Shown here piece by piece: positions 1 through 10,488 of a stretch of DNA of 64,000 nucleotides. The stretch is from the NCBI GenBank assembly GCA_964016885.1, contig OZ024749.1:14074001-14138000 (forward strand), read 5' to 3'. A program made the translations under genes and the position numbers. Below the pieces are notes generated by a model, which saw only the letters and a list, made by a program, of their open reading frames with translations, did no database searches and was not told where the DNA came from. How positions within the stretch are numbered: position 1 is the first letter of the stretch; every line of letters begins with the position of its first letter. Source of the DNA: Eledone cirrhosa. Its lineage: Eukaryota.

Positions 1-143
1 AACAAAAAGGTGACGTGGTTGCCTTAACACCGTACGGCATAAATTCAGGCTGTTCAGTTTGTTTACAAACGAACAAAGCGGGCGTTATAATAAGCGTCCG
101 CTAAACTGATACGTACATATATGTATGTGTACCTGTATGTATG

Positions 144-214
<71 letters not shown>

Positions 215-264
215 TGCTACTGTACGTCTGTATACATATATGTATGTACGTATACATACATACT

Positions 265-305
<41 letters not shown>

Positions 306-395
306 TACAATCCCTAAACTATATATATAAATGAAGTATTTCCGTAGGAAAGGTAAAGGAAAAGAGAGTGCTCTATGTAGGCTACAGAGCTTTTT

Positions 396-518
396 TAGTT
401 ATGTAATAAACAACATAAGATAATTAATTCATTTACCAGTGGTTTCTTGAAGACAGATATAAATATATCTTCAAGAAACCCTGCTAGATGAATTAATTAT
501 CTTATGTTGTTTATTACA

Positions 519-524
<6 letters not shown>
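396..524. repeat. Palindromic element (~60-bp arms) with a hammerhead 3'-half (GAAAC-cactg-GTA on - strand); related partial copy at 28041-28125
   Basis: TAGTTATGTAATAAACAACATAAGATAATTAATTCAT... is the reverse complement of ...ATGAATTAATTATCTTATGTTGTTTATTACATAACTA, followed by (TA)n. The same tail recurs at 28075-28125. Confidence 0.8.
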
Positions 525-565
<41 letters not shown>

Positions 566-644
566 TCATCATCGTTTAACGTCCATCTTCCACGCTTGTA
601 TGGGTTTATATATAAGTGGTAACACAACGGTTAGTTCACCATAC

Positions 645-682
645 CGAGAACAATTGTTTCACCTTAGCGGATCTTCAGCTCG
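645..682 (-). ncRNA. Minimal type I hammerhead ribozyme
   Basis: Reverse complement reads CGAG-CTGAAGA-tccgctaaggt-GAAAC-aatt-GTT-CTCG: stem I CGAG/CTCG, intact CUGANGA and GAAA core, palindromic stem III, GUU cleavage triplet. Confidence 0.8.
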
Positions 683-734
683 TAATGGACATGGTTATAC
701 GGAACAGGATATATATATATATATCATTCCAGTA

Positions 735-1130
735 ATACAGAAGACCCGCCTTGCCTATGTACAAAGCGAAACCCACAGTCAGTAGGCACCTCTTAACCAA
801 AAATACACCCCAATCTACCACCCCTACCCTATCCTCCAACTCCCACCAACAGCACCAGAAAATGAGATCGAGTTCGTGTAGGTGTCATAACAAAAGACAC
901 ACACAATCCACGCTGTAATGTGGTCGTGTAGGTAACACGGTAAAAAGTTCCCAGTTCCACACTGTAAATGTGGTTGGTGTTAGGAAGGGCATCCAGCCGT
1001 AGAAAACCTGCCAGATGGTCCTATATGAGCGAGACATGGTCACCCGACCAACCTTGCCTCAGGTGGGACAGCTCCCGTCTAACCCATGCTAGCGTGGAAA
1101 GTGGACGTTAAACGAAGATGATGATGATGA
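735..1130 (+). mobile_element. 5'-truncated RTE LINE 3' end (family of the 3.9-7.8 kb element)
   Basis: Matches the end of the RTE ORF (gaagacccgcctt) and its 3' UTR, ending GGACGTTAAACG(ATG)n. Confidence 0.8.
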
Positions 1131-1160
1131 TATATATATATATACACATATATATATATA

Positions 1161-1340
1161 ATTGTTTCTACATTTGGCACAAGACCAGCAATTATCCCAG
1201 TGTATTACTGGTACTTTATTTTATCGACCCCGTAAGGATGAAAGGCAAAGTTAACCTCGGTGGGATTTGAACGCAATCCGTAAAGGGACGTAACTGTGCT
1301 GCAAAGCATGGCGTCCGACCCTCTACCGATACTGCCAAGT
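1161..1340 (-). mobile_element. tRNA-derived SINE family A (octopus-type), partial
   Basis: Reverse complement of GAGTTCAAATCCC-CCGAGGTTAACTTTGCCTTTCATCCT-GGGGTCGATAAAATAAAGTACCAG seen in other copies in this window. Confidence 0.75.
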
Positions 1341-1609
1341 ATATAATGCATACAACACAGTGCCAATTTTGGGTCATCACATTTAAATGTCCCCTGAGGG
1401 TGGGGGGACTGGAGTTGTAATGTTTACATTCAGACAAGATATATAATCCTTTGGTCACCATAATAGGGATAATACAAGCCCCCGCCCCGGGGAAGGGAAT
1501 ATGGAGGGGGGGAGGGATCTGACAGTTAGCTCAATTTTGGCAGTAAGCTTTTTTATTGTTGTTGTTAGTATCAGGTGGCGGAAGGGAGGTTGTATAGGTG
1601 TCCTTTTTA

Positions 1610-2952
1610 CACTACTACTATTACTACTACTACTACAGCTACAACCAGTACTGCTGCTACTACTACTACTACTACTATTACTACTACCACAGCTGTTGTC
1701 ACTACTACTACTAGTAGTACTACTAATACTATAGCTACTCAACTATTACTACTATCAGCACCACCACTAATAGTACTATTTCAGCTACAACCACCATCAC
1801 TACCACCTCCACTACCACCCCCACTACTACCTCCATCACTACCACCTCCACTACCACCTCCACTACCACCACCACTACCACCACCACTACCACCACCACT
1901 ACCACCCCCACTACGACCTCCACTACCACCCCCACTACGACCTCCACTACCACCCCCACTACGACCTCCACTACCACCTCCACTACCACCTCCACTACCA
2001 CCCCCACTACGACCTCCACTACCACCTCCACTACCACCCCCACTACCACCCCCACTACGACCTCCACTACCACCTCCACTACCACCCCCACTACGACCTC
2101 CACTACCGCCTCCACTACCACCTCCACTAACACCTCCACTACCACCCCCACTACGACCTCCACTACCACCTCCACTACCACCTCCACTACCACCTCCACT
2201 ACCACCTCCACTAACACCTCCACTAACACCTCCACTAACACCCCCACTACCACCTCCACTACCACCTCCACTACCACCTTCACTACCACCCCCAATACCT
2301 CCATCACTACCACCTCCACTACCTCCATCACTACCACCTCCACTACCTCCATCACCACCCCCACTACCACCCCCACTACCACAATCACTACCACCATTAC
2401 TACCACCACCACTACCACTACCACCATCACTACCACCATCATTACCACCACCACTACCACCTCCACTACCTCCATCACTACCACCTCTACTACCCCCATC
2501 ACTACCACCACCACTACCACCCCCACTACCACCATCACTACCACCTCTACTACCACCACCACTACCACCTCCACTACCTCCATCACTACCACCTCCACTA
2601 CCTCCATCACTACCACCACCACTACCACCTCCACTATTACCACCACTACCACCACCACTACCACCACTACCAGCATCACTACCACCATCATTACCACCAC
2701 CACTACCACCTCCACTACCTCCATCACTACCACCTCCACTACCTCCATCACTACCACCTCCACTACCTCCATCACTACCACCTCCACTACCACCTCCACT
2801 ATTACCACCACTACCACCACCACTACCACCCCCACTACCACCCCCACTACCACCATCACTACCACCTCCACTACGACCACCACTACCATCCCCACTACCA
2901 CCACCACTACCACCATCACTACCACCACCACTACCACCATCACTACCACCCT
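1610..2952. repeat. (CTA)/(CCA)-rich simple repeat, 12-bp CCACTACCACCT-like units
   Basis: Direct inspection; produces the spurious poly-Pro and poly-Val ORFs. Confidence 0.9.
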
Positions 2953-3137
2953 AAGTTAAAATATATGTGAAAATAACATTATTGGGATCATAAAGGTTAA
3001 CAGTTCTGTGGGTAGTTGTGGGGTTTTGGTTAAATGTCATGAAAAAATTACATAACCTTTCACTTCCAGCCACCTCTAGAATGTAAACTTGTGACAGTAA
3101 TGGCGTTATGATATATATATATATATATATATATATA

Positions 3138-3430
3138 TCAACATACGTTAACCTTGGTCTTCCTCTTCTAGTGTGTCCATGTAGGGGCTCCCAAAGGAGC
3201 ACTGAGTGCAATGTCAACTCTGGATGTTGGTGAGCATGTCCAGCCAACCTCAGTCTCCTCTGTGTCATTTTTGAGCTGACTTTTGGGATGCTCCCATACA
3301 GCTCTGAGGACAGACACTGGTCTGTTGGAGATGCAGGACATGGCAGCGATAATGAGGGACAGAGACCGCTGGAGAGAACTCGTCCATGGATCTCGGGAAT
3401 TTTACCCGCCTTAGATAGATAGATAGATAT
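3138..3430. mobile_element. LINE (RTE-like) 3' fragment with inverted 5' part
   Basis: The - strand 3138-3295 encodes RRLRLAGH...LLWEPLHGHTRRGRPRLTYVD. The + strand from ~3297 continues TALRTDTGLLEMQDMAAIMRDRDRWRELV...stop, then a (TAGA)n tail. Confidence 0.75.
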
Positions 3431-3603
3431 ATATATAGAGATAGGTAAATATACACGGGTGTGTATGATTGTGTATAGAAGATTATATTAATAAGAGGAA
3501 TTCCAACTTTGTCTGATTTACTTGTTTTATTTACAATCCTTTAAAATTTATAATGGTATTATAATGAAATAGTATGATAGAATATTAAATTCTAAGTGTT
3601 AAT

Positions 3604-3642
3604 TGAACAAGTACTTTCATACTTTTGCAATCTTCAGGTTCA
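3604..3642 (-). ncRNA. Minimal type I hammerhead ribozyme (antisense arm)
   Basis: Mirror copy of 3706-3744 with stem II loop AAAA. Confidence 0.65.
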
Positions 3643-3705
3643 TAATATGTGGTGACAGTCAAGTCAACAGTTGAAAATTGCAAACTTGACTGTCACCACA
3701 TATTA

Positions 3706-3744
3706 TGAACCTGAAGATTGCGAAAGTATGAAAGTACTTGTTCA
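3706..3744 (+). ncRNA. Minimal type I hammerhead ribozyme
   Basis: TGAAC-CTGAAGA-t-TGC-gaaa-GTA-t-GAAA-g-ta-c-TT-GTTCA: stem I TGAAC/GTTCA, GNRA-capped stem II, palindromic stem III (AAGTACTT), CUU triplet. Confidence 0.72.
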
Positions 3745-4383
3745 ATTAACACTTAGAATTTAATATTCTATCATACTATTTCATTATAATACCATTATAA
3801 ATTTTAAAGGATTGTAAATAAAACGAGTAAATCAGACAAAGTTGGAATTCCTCTTATTAATATATATATATATATATATCATCATCATCATCATCATCAG
3901 GTTTAGCGTCCGTGTTCCACGCTTGCATGGGTTTGGACGGGGGTTTTCCCACTTGAGGCAAGAGTGGTTGTCTTGCTCGCATAGGACTGTCTGGCGGGTT
4001 TTCTACAGTTGGATGCCCTTCCTAACACCAACCACATTTACAGTGTGGGGCTGGGAGGTTTTTACCGTGTTGCCTACACGGCCACATTACAGCGTGGACT
4101 GTCTGGCGGGTTTTCTACAGCTGGATGCCCTTCCTAACACCAACCACATTTACAGTGTGGGGCTGGGAGGTTTTTACCGTGTTGCCTACACGGCCACATT
4201 TACAGCGTGGACTGTGTGTTTTTTGTCGTGACACCTACACGATCTCATTTGTTTCGGCCTGGATGTTGTGGGACCAACATAACTTTACATTGAAAGGGGC
4301 GGTGTGGGTGGGGTGGAGGTGGTGGGACGGGGGTGTGTTTTGATAGAGGTGCCTACTGACTGTAGTAGGTTTTTACTTTGTAT

Positions 4384-6765
4384 TTAGGTAAGGCGGGTCT
4401 TCTCTATTACTGAGTACCGCCAAAGGTCTCGGTCCAGTGACATTGTCTTGGAGAGGTGTAAGCGTGTGAGGTCGGAATTTATCAGCTCGTCCCATGTTTT
4501 TCTGGGTCTGCCTACTCCGTGGCTACCGTCTATCTTTATTGCCCTGCACTTTGTTATACAGCTGTCGTCTTTCATGCGCATCACGTGACCGTACCAACGT
4601 AGCCTTCTCTCGAGTAAACAACATCTGATCCCTCTTATTTCTAATTTTTTCCTTAGTTCGTTTATGCTTTGCCGTTCACGTATATTACTATTGCACATCC
4701 AGCGGAGCATGCAAGCTTCGTTCCTCTCTAGTCTGCGTATATCCTCTGCACACAATGCCCAGGTCTCACTGCCATGCAGCATTGCTGTTCGTATGCAGGC
4801 ATCGTATAACCTGCCTTTCATTTTTAGGGAGAACCCTCTAGCGGCTAATAGTGGTATAAGCTCTCTGAACTTTTTCCATCCAGTTCTGACTCTAGCTACT
4901 GTACTTTCAGAGCACCCTCCCCCACTGCTGATTTTGTCACCCAGATAACGGAAGCTGTCCACTATTTCTATAGAACCCTCTGCGCAGTTGAAGGAGCTAG
5001 TATTTTGTGGGCACTTGCTGCTACTTATTGCACCAGAGCACCGGCCACATGTAAAATCTATGTTCTTAGTTAGCTTACCTGTGATCCCACTACATCTTTT
5101 ATGCACCCATACTTTGCATTTGGGACATAAAATGGAGTTTCTACCTACGCCTTTCCTACACACTGAGCATGGCCATTTCCCCGATGGGACCGCCGCCTTA
5201 TTTTCTTTCCTACAAACTAGAACTTTAGTCTTAGCCAGGTTAATTTTAAGGCCTTTTGATTCTAGGCCGTGCTTCCACGTTTGGAATTTCTTCTCTAGTT
5301 CGGTCATTGATTCAGCTATGAGCGTTAGATCATCTGCGTATAGGAGTTCCCATGGGCAGCCGGTCTTGAACTCCTCTGTTATAGCCTGAAGGGCAATAAT
5401 AAATAGTAGGGGGCTAAGTACAGAGCCCTGATGGACACCAACTTTTACGCTAAACTCTTCACTATATTCGTTGTTAATTCTAACCTTACTGACTGTTTCT
5501 TTATACATGGCTTGTATAGCTCTCACAAGCCATTCGTCAACACCTAGTTTTCTAAGAGACCACCAGATAATGGAACGGGGGACTCTGTCGAAGGCTTTCT
5601 CCAAGTCGACAAAAGCTAAGTATAGGGGTTTACTTTTAGCTAGGTACTTCTCCTGTAGTTGTCGTACAATGAAAAGAGCGTCTGTGGTACTTTTGCCTGA
5701 CACAAACCCGAACTGCATTTCATCTAGATCAATTCTCTCTCTGATTAGTTGCGCTATTACTTTTTCCGTGACCTTCATGACCTGGTCGATTAATTTAATG
5801 CCTCTATAGTTACTCCTATCTAGGGCATCTCCTTTTCCCTTATAGCAGTTAACGATGATGCTGCTACGCCATTCCTTCGGAACAACCCCATTCTGTACGA
5901 CTTGGTTAACTATCCGGGTGACCATGGTGTGTCCCACCGAACCAGATGCCTTCAGCATCTCAGCAACTATTTCCGAAGGCCCAGCCGCCTTACCCGTCTT
6001 CATATCTTTGATTGCCTTACTTATTATACTACCTTCAACTAACACTGCTGGTCCCTCTATTGGATCGATCTGGGGGAGACTGTCTTTCTCCCATTTGTTC
6101 TCCTCATTTAGAAGCCTTTCGTAGTGACACTTCCAAGCTACCTTCTTATCAGCGTCGGTGATGGCAAGTATGCCATCATCGTTAAGTACACACTTCTCCC
6201 CGACAATATCACGGTTTTCCTTGACACATTGCCTGGCAATCCTGAACACCTCACGTTTTTGGTCCTCACGTTGTAGAACATGCTTGAACTTTCTTTCCTC
6301 TGCTTCCCTTCTTGCGAAGTACACTTGTCTCCTAGCTTCCCTCCTGGCCACTTGATAGTCTTCTCTACTTCCCCCATCCCGCCATACTTTCCAAGCCTGC
6401 TTTTTGGCCTTAATTGACTCCTCCACCTTACTGTTCCACCACCATGTTACTCTCCTCCTACCTACAGGCCTGCTCCAGCCACAGACTTCGTCTGCCGCCG
6501 TCAGCAGGTTTGCTCTCAGGAATTCCCACTGTTCCTCTATATTATACGACTCTAATTGCTCTTCCTTACTGTCGAAAGCGTCAAGTAATTTGCTTTGAAA
6601 TTTATTTCTGGCTATGGGGTCCTTTAGCTTCCATATTTTTCTCCTGAGGATAGTCCTCTTCCGCTGTCTAGTACGTCTCGTCCTGACTATGAGGTCGCTA
6701 ATTATCAGTCTATGTTGGGAGGTGAATTCTTCATGGGGGTGGGATTTAGTGTTAACAACAGACAT
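4384..6765 (-). CDS. RTE retrotransposon ORF, RT-containing part (793 aa), with a C4HC3 PHD-like insert after the RT core
   Basis: ORF track; RT motifs including YADD; CSVC...CPKCKVWVHKRC...CGRC. Confidence 0.9.
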   Translation of the reverse strand: MSVVNTKSHPHEEFTSQHRLIISDLIVRTRRTRQRKRTILRRKIWKLKDPIARNKFQSKLLDAFDSKEEQLESYNIEEQWEFLRANLLTAADEVCGWSRPVGRRRVTWWWNSKVEESIKAKKQAWKVWRDGGSREDYQVARREARRQVYFARREAEERKFKHVLQREDQKREVFRIARQCVKENRDIVGEKCVLNDDGILAITDADKKVAWKCHYERLLNEENKWEKDSLPQIDPIEGPAVLVEGSIISKAIKDMKTGKAAGPSEIVAEMLKASGSVGHTMVTRIVNQVVQNGVVPKEWRSSIIVNCYKGKGDALDRSNYRGIKLIDQVMKVTEKVIAQLIRERIDLDEMQFGFVSGKSTTDALFIVRQLQEKYLAKSKPLYLAFVDLEKAFDRVPRSIIWWSLRKLGVDEWLVRAIQAMYKETVSKVRINNEYSEEFSVKVGVHQGSVLSPLLFIIALQAITEEFKTGCPWELLYADDLTLIAESMTELEKKFQTWKHGLESKGLKINLAKTKVLVCRKENKAAVPSGKWPCSVCRKGVGRNSILCPKCKVWVHKRCSGITGKLTKNIDFTCGRCSGAISSSKCPQNTSSFNCAEGSIEIVDSFRYLGDKISSGGGCSESTVARVRTGWKKFRELIPLLAARGFSLKMKGRLYDACIRTAMLHGSETWALCAEDIRRLERNEACMLRWMCNSNIRERQSINELRKKLEIRGIRCCLLERRLRWYGHVMRMKDDSCITKCRAIKIDGSHGVGRPRKTWDELINSDLTRLHLSKTMSLDRDLWRYSVIEKTRLT

Positions 6766-7490
6766 CTGTCACGTCTTCTGGTAAGGATATAATCTACCTG
6801 GCTTGTGTGTTCCCCCGATCTATAGGTGATCAAGTGATTGTCTCGTTTTTTGAAGTTAGTGTTACAGATAGTTAAGTTATTTGCGTCGCAGAATTCCAGG
6901 ATTCTGGAGCCTTCCTCATTTCTAGTACCGAACCCATAGCCTCCATGGATTCCGTCATAGCCGTCACAATGTTGTCCAACGTGACCATTTAGGTCGCCTG
7001 CAATAACTATATAGTCACTGTCGGTTATTTGGGAGGTAGCGAGCATCAGTGTCTCGTAGAATCTGTCTTTTATAGCGCGGGGCAGTCCGGATTGGGGTGC
7101 GTACGCAGATATTACTGTCACCGTAGTTTTATTGAGGACAAGTCTTATTTTAATTATTCTGTCGTTCACTCTATTTACGTCTATTATCTTATCTGCCCAC
7201 TTTTCTGCTACCATGATTCCTACCCCACCCAACCCATTGTCATTTCCCACCCAGAAAAGCTTATAGCATCGTTCTTTACCCACGATGAATCTAGCCGACC
7301 CTCCCCTCCCCTCCACCTGGTCTCTTGAATACAACAAACATCGACCTCCTTACGTTCAAGCATTTCTACAACCTCGTTAGAGCGACCCTTTAAGGTGCCT
7401 ACATTCATGGTACCAACTCTGAAGTTTTGGATTGCGTTTGGAGGGTGGGAGCGGTGGGGCGCGGGGGGGGGGGATGGGGTTATGTTAGCC
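6705..7490 (-). pseudogene. RTE ORF N-terminal APE endonuclease region, frameshifted at ~7300 and ~6765
   Basis: APE motifs are split across ORFs 7220..7777 and 6705..7337. Confidence 0.85.
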
Positions 7491-7769
7491 ATCCTGGGCC
7501 GAAACAAGGAGGAGTGCTTGCATTCTCGTCCACGAGGTGAATTTGGCTTTATCTTTGGCATTGTCGCTGAGCGTCCACATTTTTCTCTCTTCAACTCTCC
7601 AGAATTCCGTAGTCCATCCATCATATCGAAAAGCAACCAGTTAAGCGATAGTATGGGCCTCTGACTTATGATTGGTCCACGTAATAATGGTGGTGCGTGG
7701 GGGCGGGAGGGAGGGAGGGATGATGGGTTGTTAGCGAGAATGTAAGGTTTAAGATAAGATCGCCGTATT

Positions 7770-8420
7770 TTGGGCATGATTTAACAATAAACGAAAATAC
7801 AAGATTTGTTTTGTTTAAGAAAATACGATAGAGAAAATGCGGTGATAGGGAAAATATGATTTTTAGAGAAAAGATATGATATAGAATGGTGAAAATATGA
7901 TATAGTGTGAAATTAGGACATAGAAGTGATTGAATGAATGGGTTCGAATGGAGAGAAGAATCGAGAAAAAATTGGGCATAATTTAACAATAAACGAAAAT
8001 ACAAGATTTGTTTTGTTTAAGAAAATACGATAGAGAAAATGCGGTGATAGGGAAAATATGATTTTTAGAGAAAAGATATGATATAGAATGGTGAAAATAT
8101 GATATAGTGTGAAATTAGGACATAGAAGTGATTGAATGAATGGGTTCGAATGGAGAGAAGAATCGAGAAAAAATTGGGCATAATTTAACAATAAACGAAA
8201 ATACAAGATTTGTTTTGTTTAAGAAAATACGATAGAGAAAATGCGGTGATAGGGAAAATATGATTTTTAGAGAAAAGATATGATATAGAATGGTGAAAAT
8301 ATGATATAGTGTGAAATTAGGACATAGAAGTGATTGAATGAATGGGTTCGAATGGAGAGAAGAATCGAGAAAAAATTGGGCATAATTTAACAATAAACGA
8401 AAATACAAGATTTGTTTTGT
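7770..8420. repeat. 202-bp tandem repeat (~3.2 near-identical copies) at the 5' end of the RTE
   Basis: Identical ORFs start at 8004, 8206 and 8408 (period 202); unit begins TGGGCATRATTTAACAATAAACG. Confidence 0.92.
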
Positions 8421-8607
8421 ATATATATATATTATTCAAAATGTTAATAAATGAAAAATATTCTCATAATCAAAATATATATTTTATTATACACATTTCA
8501 AAGGTACAATGGTGTTTAAGTACGTTTTCATCAGACAAAATATAAGATTTGATATGTGACATACCACTACGGTTTTGATTATTCAATTCCAGTTATATAT
8601 ATATATT

Positions 8608-8658
<51 letters not shown>

Positions 8659-8739
8659 ATATATATATAAATATATATATAAAATTGAAAAAGTGAAGAA
8701 TAACATGGTCAACAGTACAAAAAAGGGGAATTTATTTAC

Positions 8740-8847
8740 AGTCTAACAATTGTTTCTCTGATTAAGTTGTCTAAAAATTGCTGAACACTAGAAGCAGTGC
8801 CACTCAATTTTAAATATGATGTTACCTCAATCAGAACATCAAAGACT
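8740..8847 (-). ncRNA. Degenerate hammerhead with extended stem II
   Basis: Reverse complement: AGTCT-ttGATGt-TCTGATTGAG...CTTAATCAGA-GAAAC-aatt-GTT-AGACT. Two core substitutions. Flanked by short inverted AAAATTGAAAAA/TTTTTCAATTTT. Confidence 0.55.
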
Positions 8848-8861
8848 ATTTTTCAATTTTA

Positions 8862-9023
8862 TTACTCCAAGATAAACTTACATAGGAATACAAGTGAAAT
8901 CATAAACTCACCACCTACGGAAACCTCTTGTTGAGTCAAACAACGCTGTACGCTAAAACTATCCATAATAAGAAGTATTCACAACCTCTCTAACTGGATT
9001 ACCTATAATGATATTTTGTTATC

Positions 9024-9030
<7 letters not shown>
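8862..9030 (+). mobile_element. 3' end of an R4/Dong-like LINE; second copy at 26882-27035 (-)
   Basis: Shared GGAAACCTCTTGTTGAGTCAAACAA...AACTGGATTACCTATAA tail ending in (TA)n. The residual ITCIGT-like C-terminus resembles the 43 kb R4 fragment. Clade assignment is tentative. Confidence 0.5.
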
Positions 9031-9061
<31 letters not shown>

Positions 9062-9110
9062 TATATGAGGGAACAAAGAATCAGTGTTACTTCATATACA
9101 TATTTAATTA

Positions 9111-9200
9111 CATATTACACATGTTTCACTGTCAATCAGCTCGAGGAAAGATCTACTAATGATCGAACCTGACTGTGGATTGAGAGGCTCCTCAGATATG
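9111..9200 (-). ncRNA. Type I hammerhead with ~60-nt stem II insertion
   Basis: Reverse complement: CATAT-CTGAGGA-gcc...agt-GAAAC-atgt-GTA-ATATG. Confidence 0.75.
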
Positions 9201-9730
9201 TCTTAATATGTAGACTCGTGTCTGAGAGTAGTTCAATATTATCAGGATTCCTTCTTGTATGCTACCACAAATTCTGTCATAGGGGTGGGTCATCATATTC
9301 TTTCTACGTACCCACTACCTCCATCTCCCTAGCAGTATTATATGTCTGTAAAATGTTTTTTAATTTTATTTTCTTACTGGCTCTGTATCATAGTTAGGAT
9401 TGGTTTTTATTTTGTATCTTTATTCCTTTACCCCTTTATATTTTACCCCCCCCCCCCCCTCCCTGCATTCTTGTAGTGCCTTATCTTCTTAATGCTTACT
9501 TCAAACAATGTGCCAGCAGACGTCAGGGAGATGGGTCAACGCACATGGATACTTGACCAAAATGGAGATAATAGCCACTAAATTATAGGAAGACCCCAAC
9601 TGTGATCTGACCGAAAACAAACCAACAAGTGAATATAGTGACCCACCCCTATGACAGAATTTGTGGTAGCATATAAGAAGGAATCAGGTTGATATTCAAC
9701 CACTCTCAGACACGAGTCTATATGTTGAAA

Positions 9731-9820
9731 CATATCTGAGGAGCTTCTGATTCTAGAGTCAGGTTCAATTATTAATAGATCAGTCCTTGAGCTGATCGAC
9801 AGTGAAACATATGTAATATG
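9731..9820 (+). ncRNA. Type I hammerhead with ~60-nt stem II insertion
   Basis: CATAT-CTGAGGA(9736-9742)-gct...agt-GAAAC(9804-9808)-atat-GTA-ATATG: all core nucleotides intact, palindromic stem III. Confidence 0.82.
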
Positions 9821-10271
9821 TAATTAAATATGTATATGATGCAACACTGATTCTTTGTCTCTTATATATTAATACTATTGATACTCTGATCCCCAAGAGC
9901 ATTGAGTGTTCATTTGGCATACCACCTATGGACGTAATTAACTTGCACCTTAATACCTATATATATAAACATATATGTGTGTGTGTGCATTATGGTAGAT
10001 GTATGTGTGTCTGTATCGGATCTCCAAGGAAGTGTTTCAGTTGGTTTGATCAGATTGAGATCAAACTCCAGATGAACTTCCAGATGAACCCCAGATCAAC
10101 CTCCAGATCAACCCCAGATCAACCTCCAGATCAACCCCCAGATCAACCACCAAATCAACCACCAAATCAACCTACAGATGAACCACCAGATTGGCTCCTG
10201 TTCCATTTTTTGAATGACTAGAACACACATCATTGAAACAGAGCTCCATTCCATTCTGTTCCATACATATA

Positions 10272-10488
10272 CAGTAATCCCCCGCTATATCACAGTTCAC
10301 TTTTCGCAGTCCTGCTACATTGCCCATTTTTCTTTGGAATGTATCTGATTTCCTATCGCAATAATCCTTGCTACATCATGGATTTTTCGTTAGAACATAG
10401 ATATTTTCTTATCACGGTACGTATGTCTGAATAAAAAGTGGCTTATGATTTGAACACAGAGATATATGTGTATTTCTCTCTTTACTGT
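10272..10488. mobile_element. Possible Tigger/pogo-derived non-autonomous DNA transposon remnant
   Basis: Starts TA|CAGTAATCCCCCGCTATATC..., resembling pogo/Tigger termini; degenerate right end TTTACTG. Confidence 0.4.

Larger units (their letters stand above)
3484..3864. repeat. Near-perfect palindromic element (181-bp arms, 19-nt loop) with a hammerhead in each arm
   Basis: Arms 3484-3664 and 3684-3864 are reverse complements with two mismatches seen by eye; right end abuts (TA)n. Confidence 0.92.
3878..7770 (-). mobile_element. Near-full-length RTE-clade non-LTR retrotransposon (APE endonuclease + RT), two frameshifts
   Basis: GTMNVGTL...CCIQETRW, ISAYAPQ, AGDLNGHVG, SQVDYIL (APE); YRGIKL, QFGF, AFVDLEKAFDRV, GVHQGSVLSP, LLYADD (RT); (ATG)n tail at 3878-3898. 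Confidence 0.95.
9057..9873. mobile_element. Inverted-repeat element (~243-bp diverged arms, ~330-bp spacer), Penelope pLTR-like, hammerhead in each arm
   Basis: Arms 9057-9300 and 9631-9873 are reverse complementary; left end abuts (TA)n. Confidence 0.85.

Noticed and set aside
1575-2954. 459-aa poly-proline (extensin/formin-like) ORF
   Set aside because: Pure (CCA/CTA) repeat that is also open on the opposite strand; no splice or domain support.
3484-3864. Interpretation of the long palindromes as ordinary DNA-transposon MITEs or miRNA precursors
   Set aside because: No superfamily-type terminal motifs, arms are often asymmetric, and hammerhead cores recur. A DNA-transposon origin is not fully excluded for hairpins without a core, such as 32071-32188.
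8510-8540. CTGATGA-AAAC-gtac motif on - strand
   Set aside because: No stem II or G12 and weak stem I; may be a deleted hammerhead but cannot be supported.
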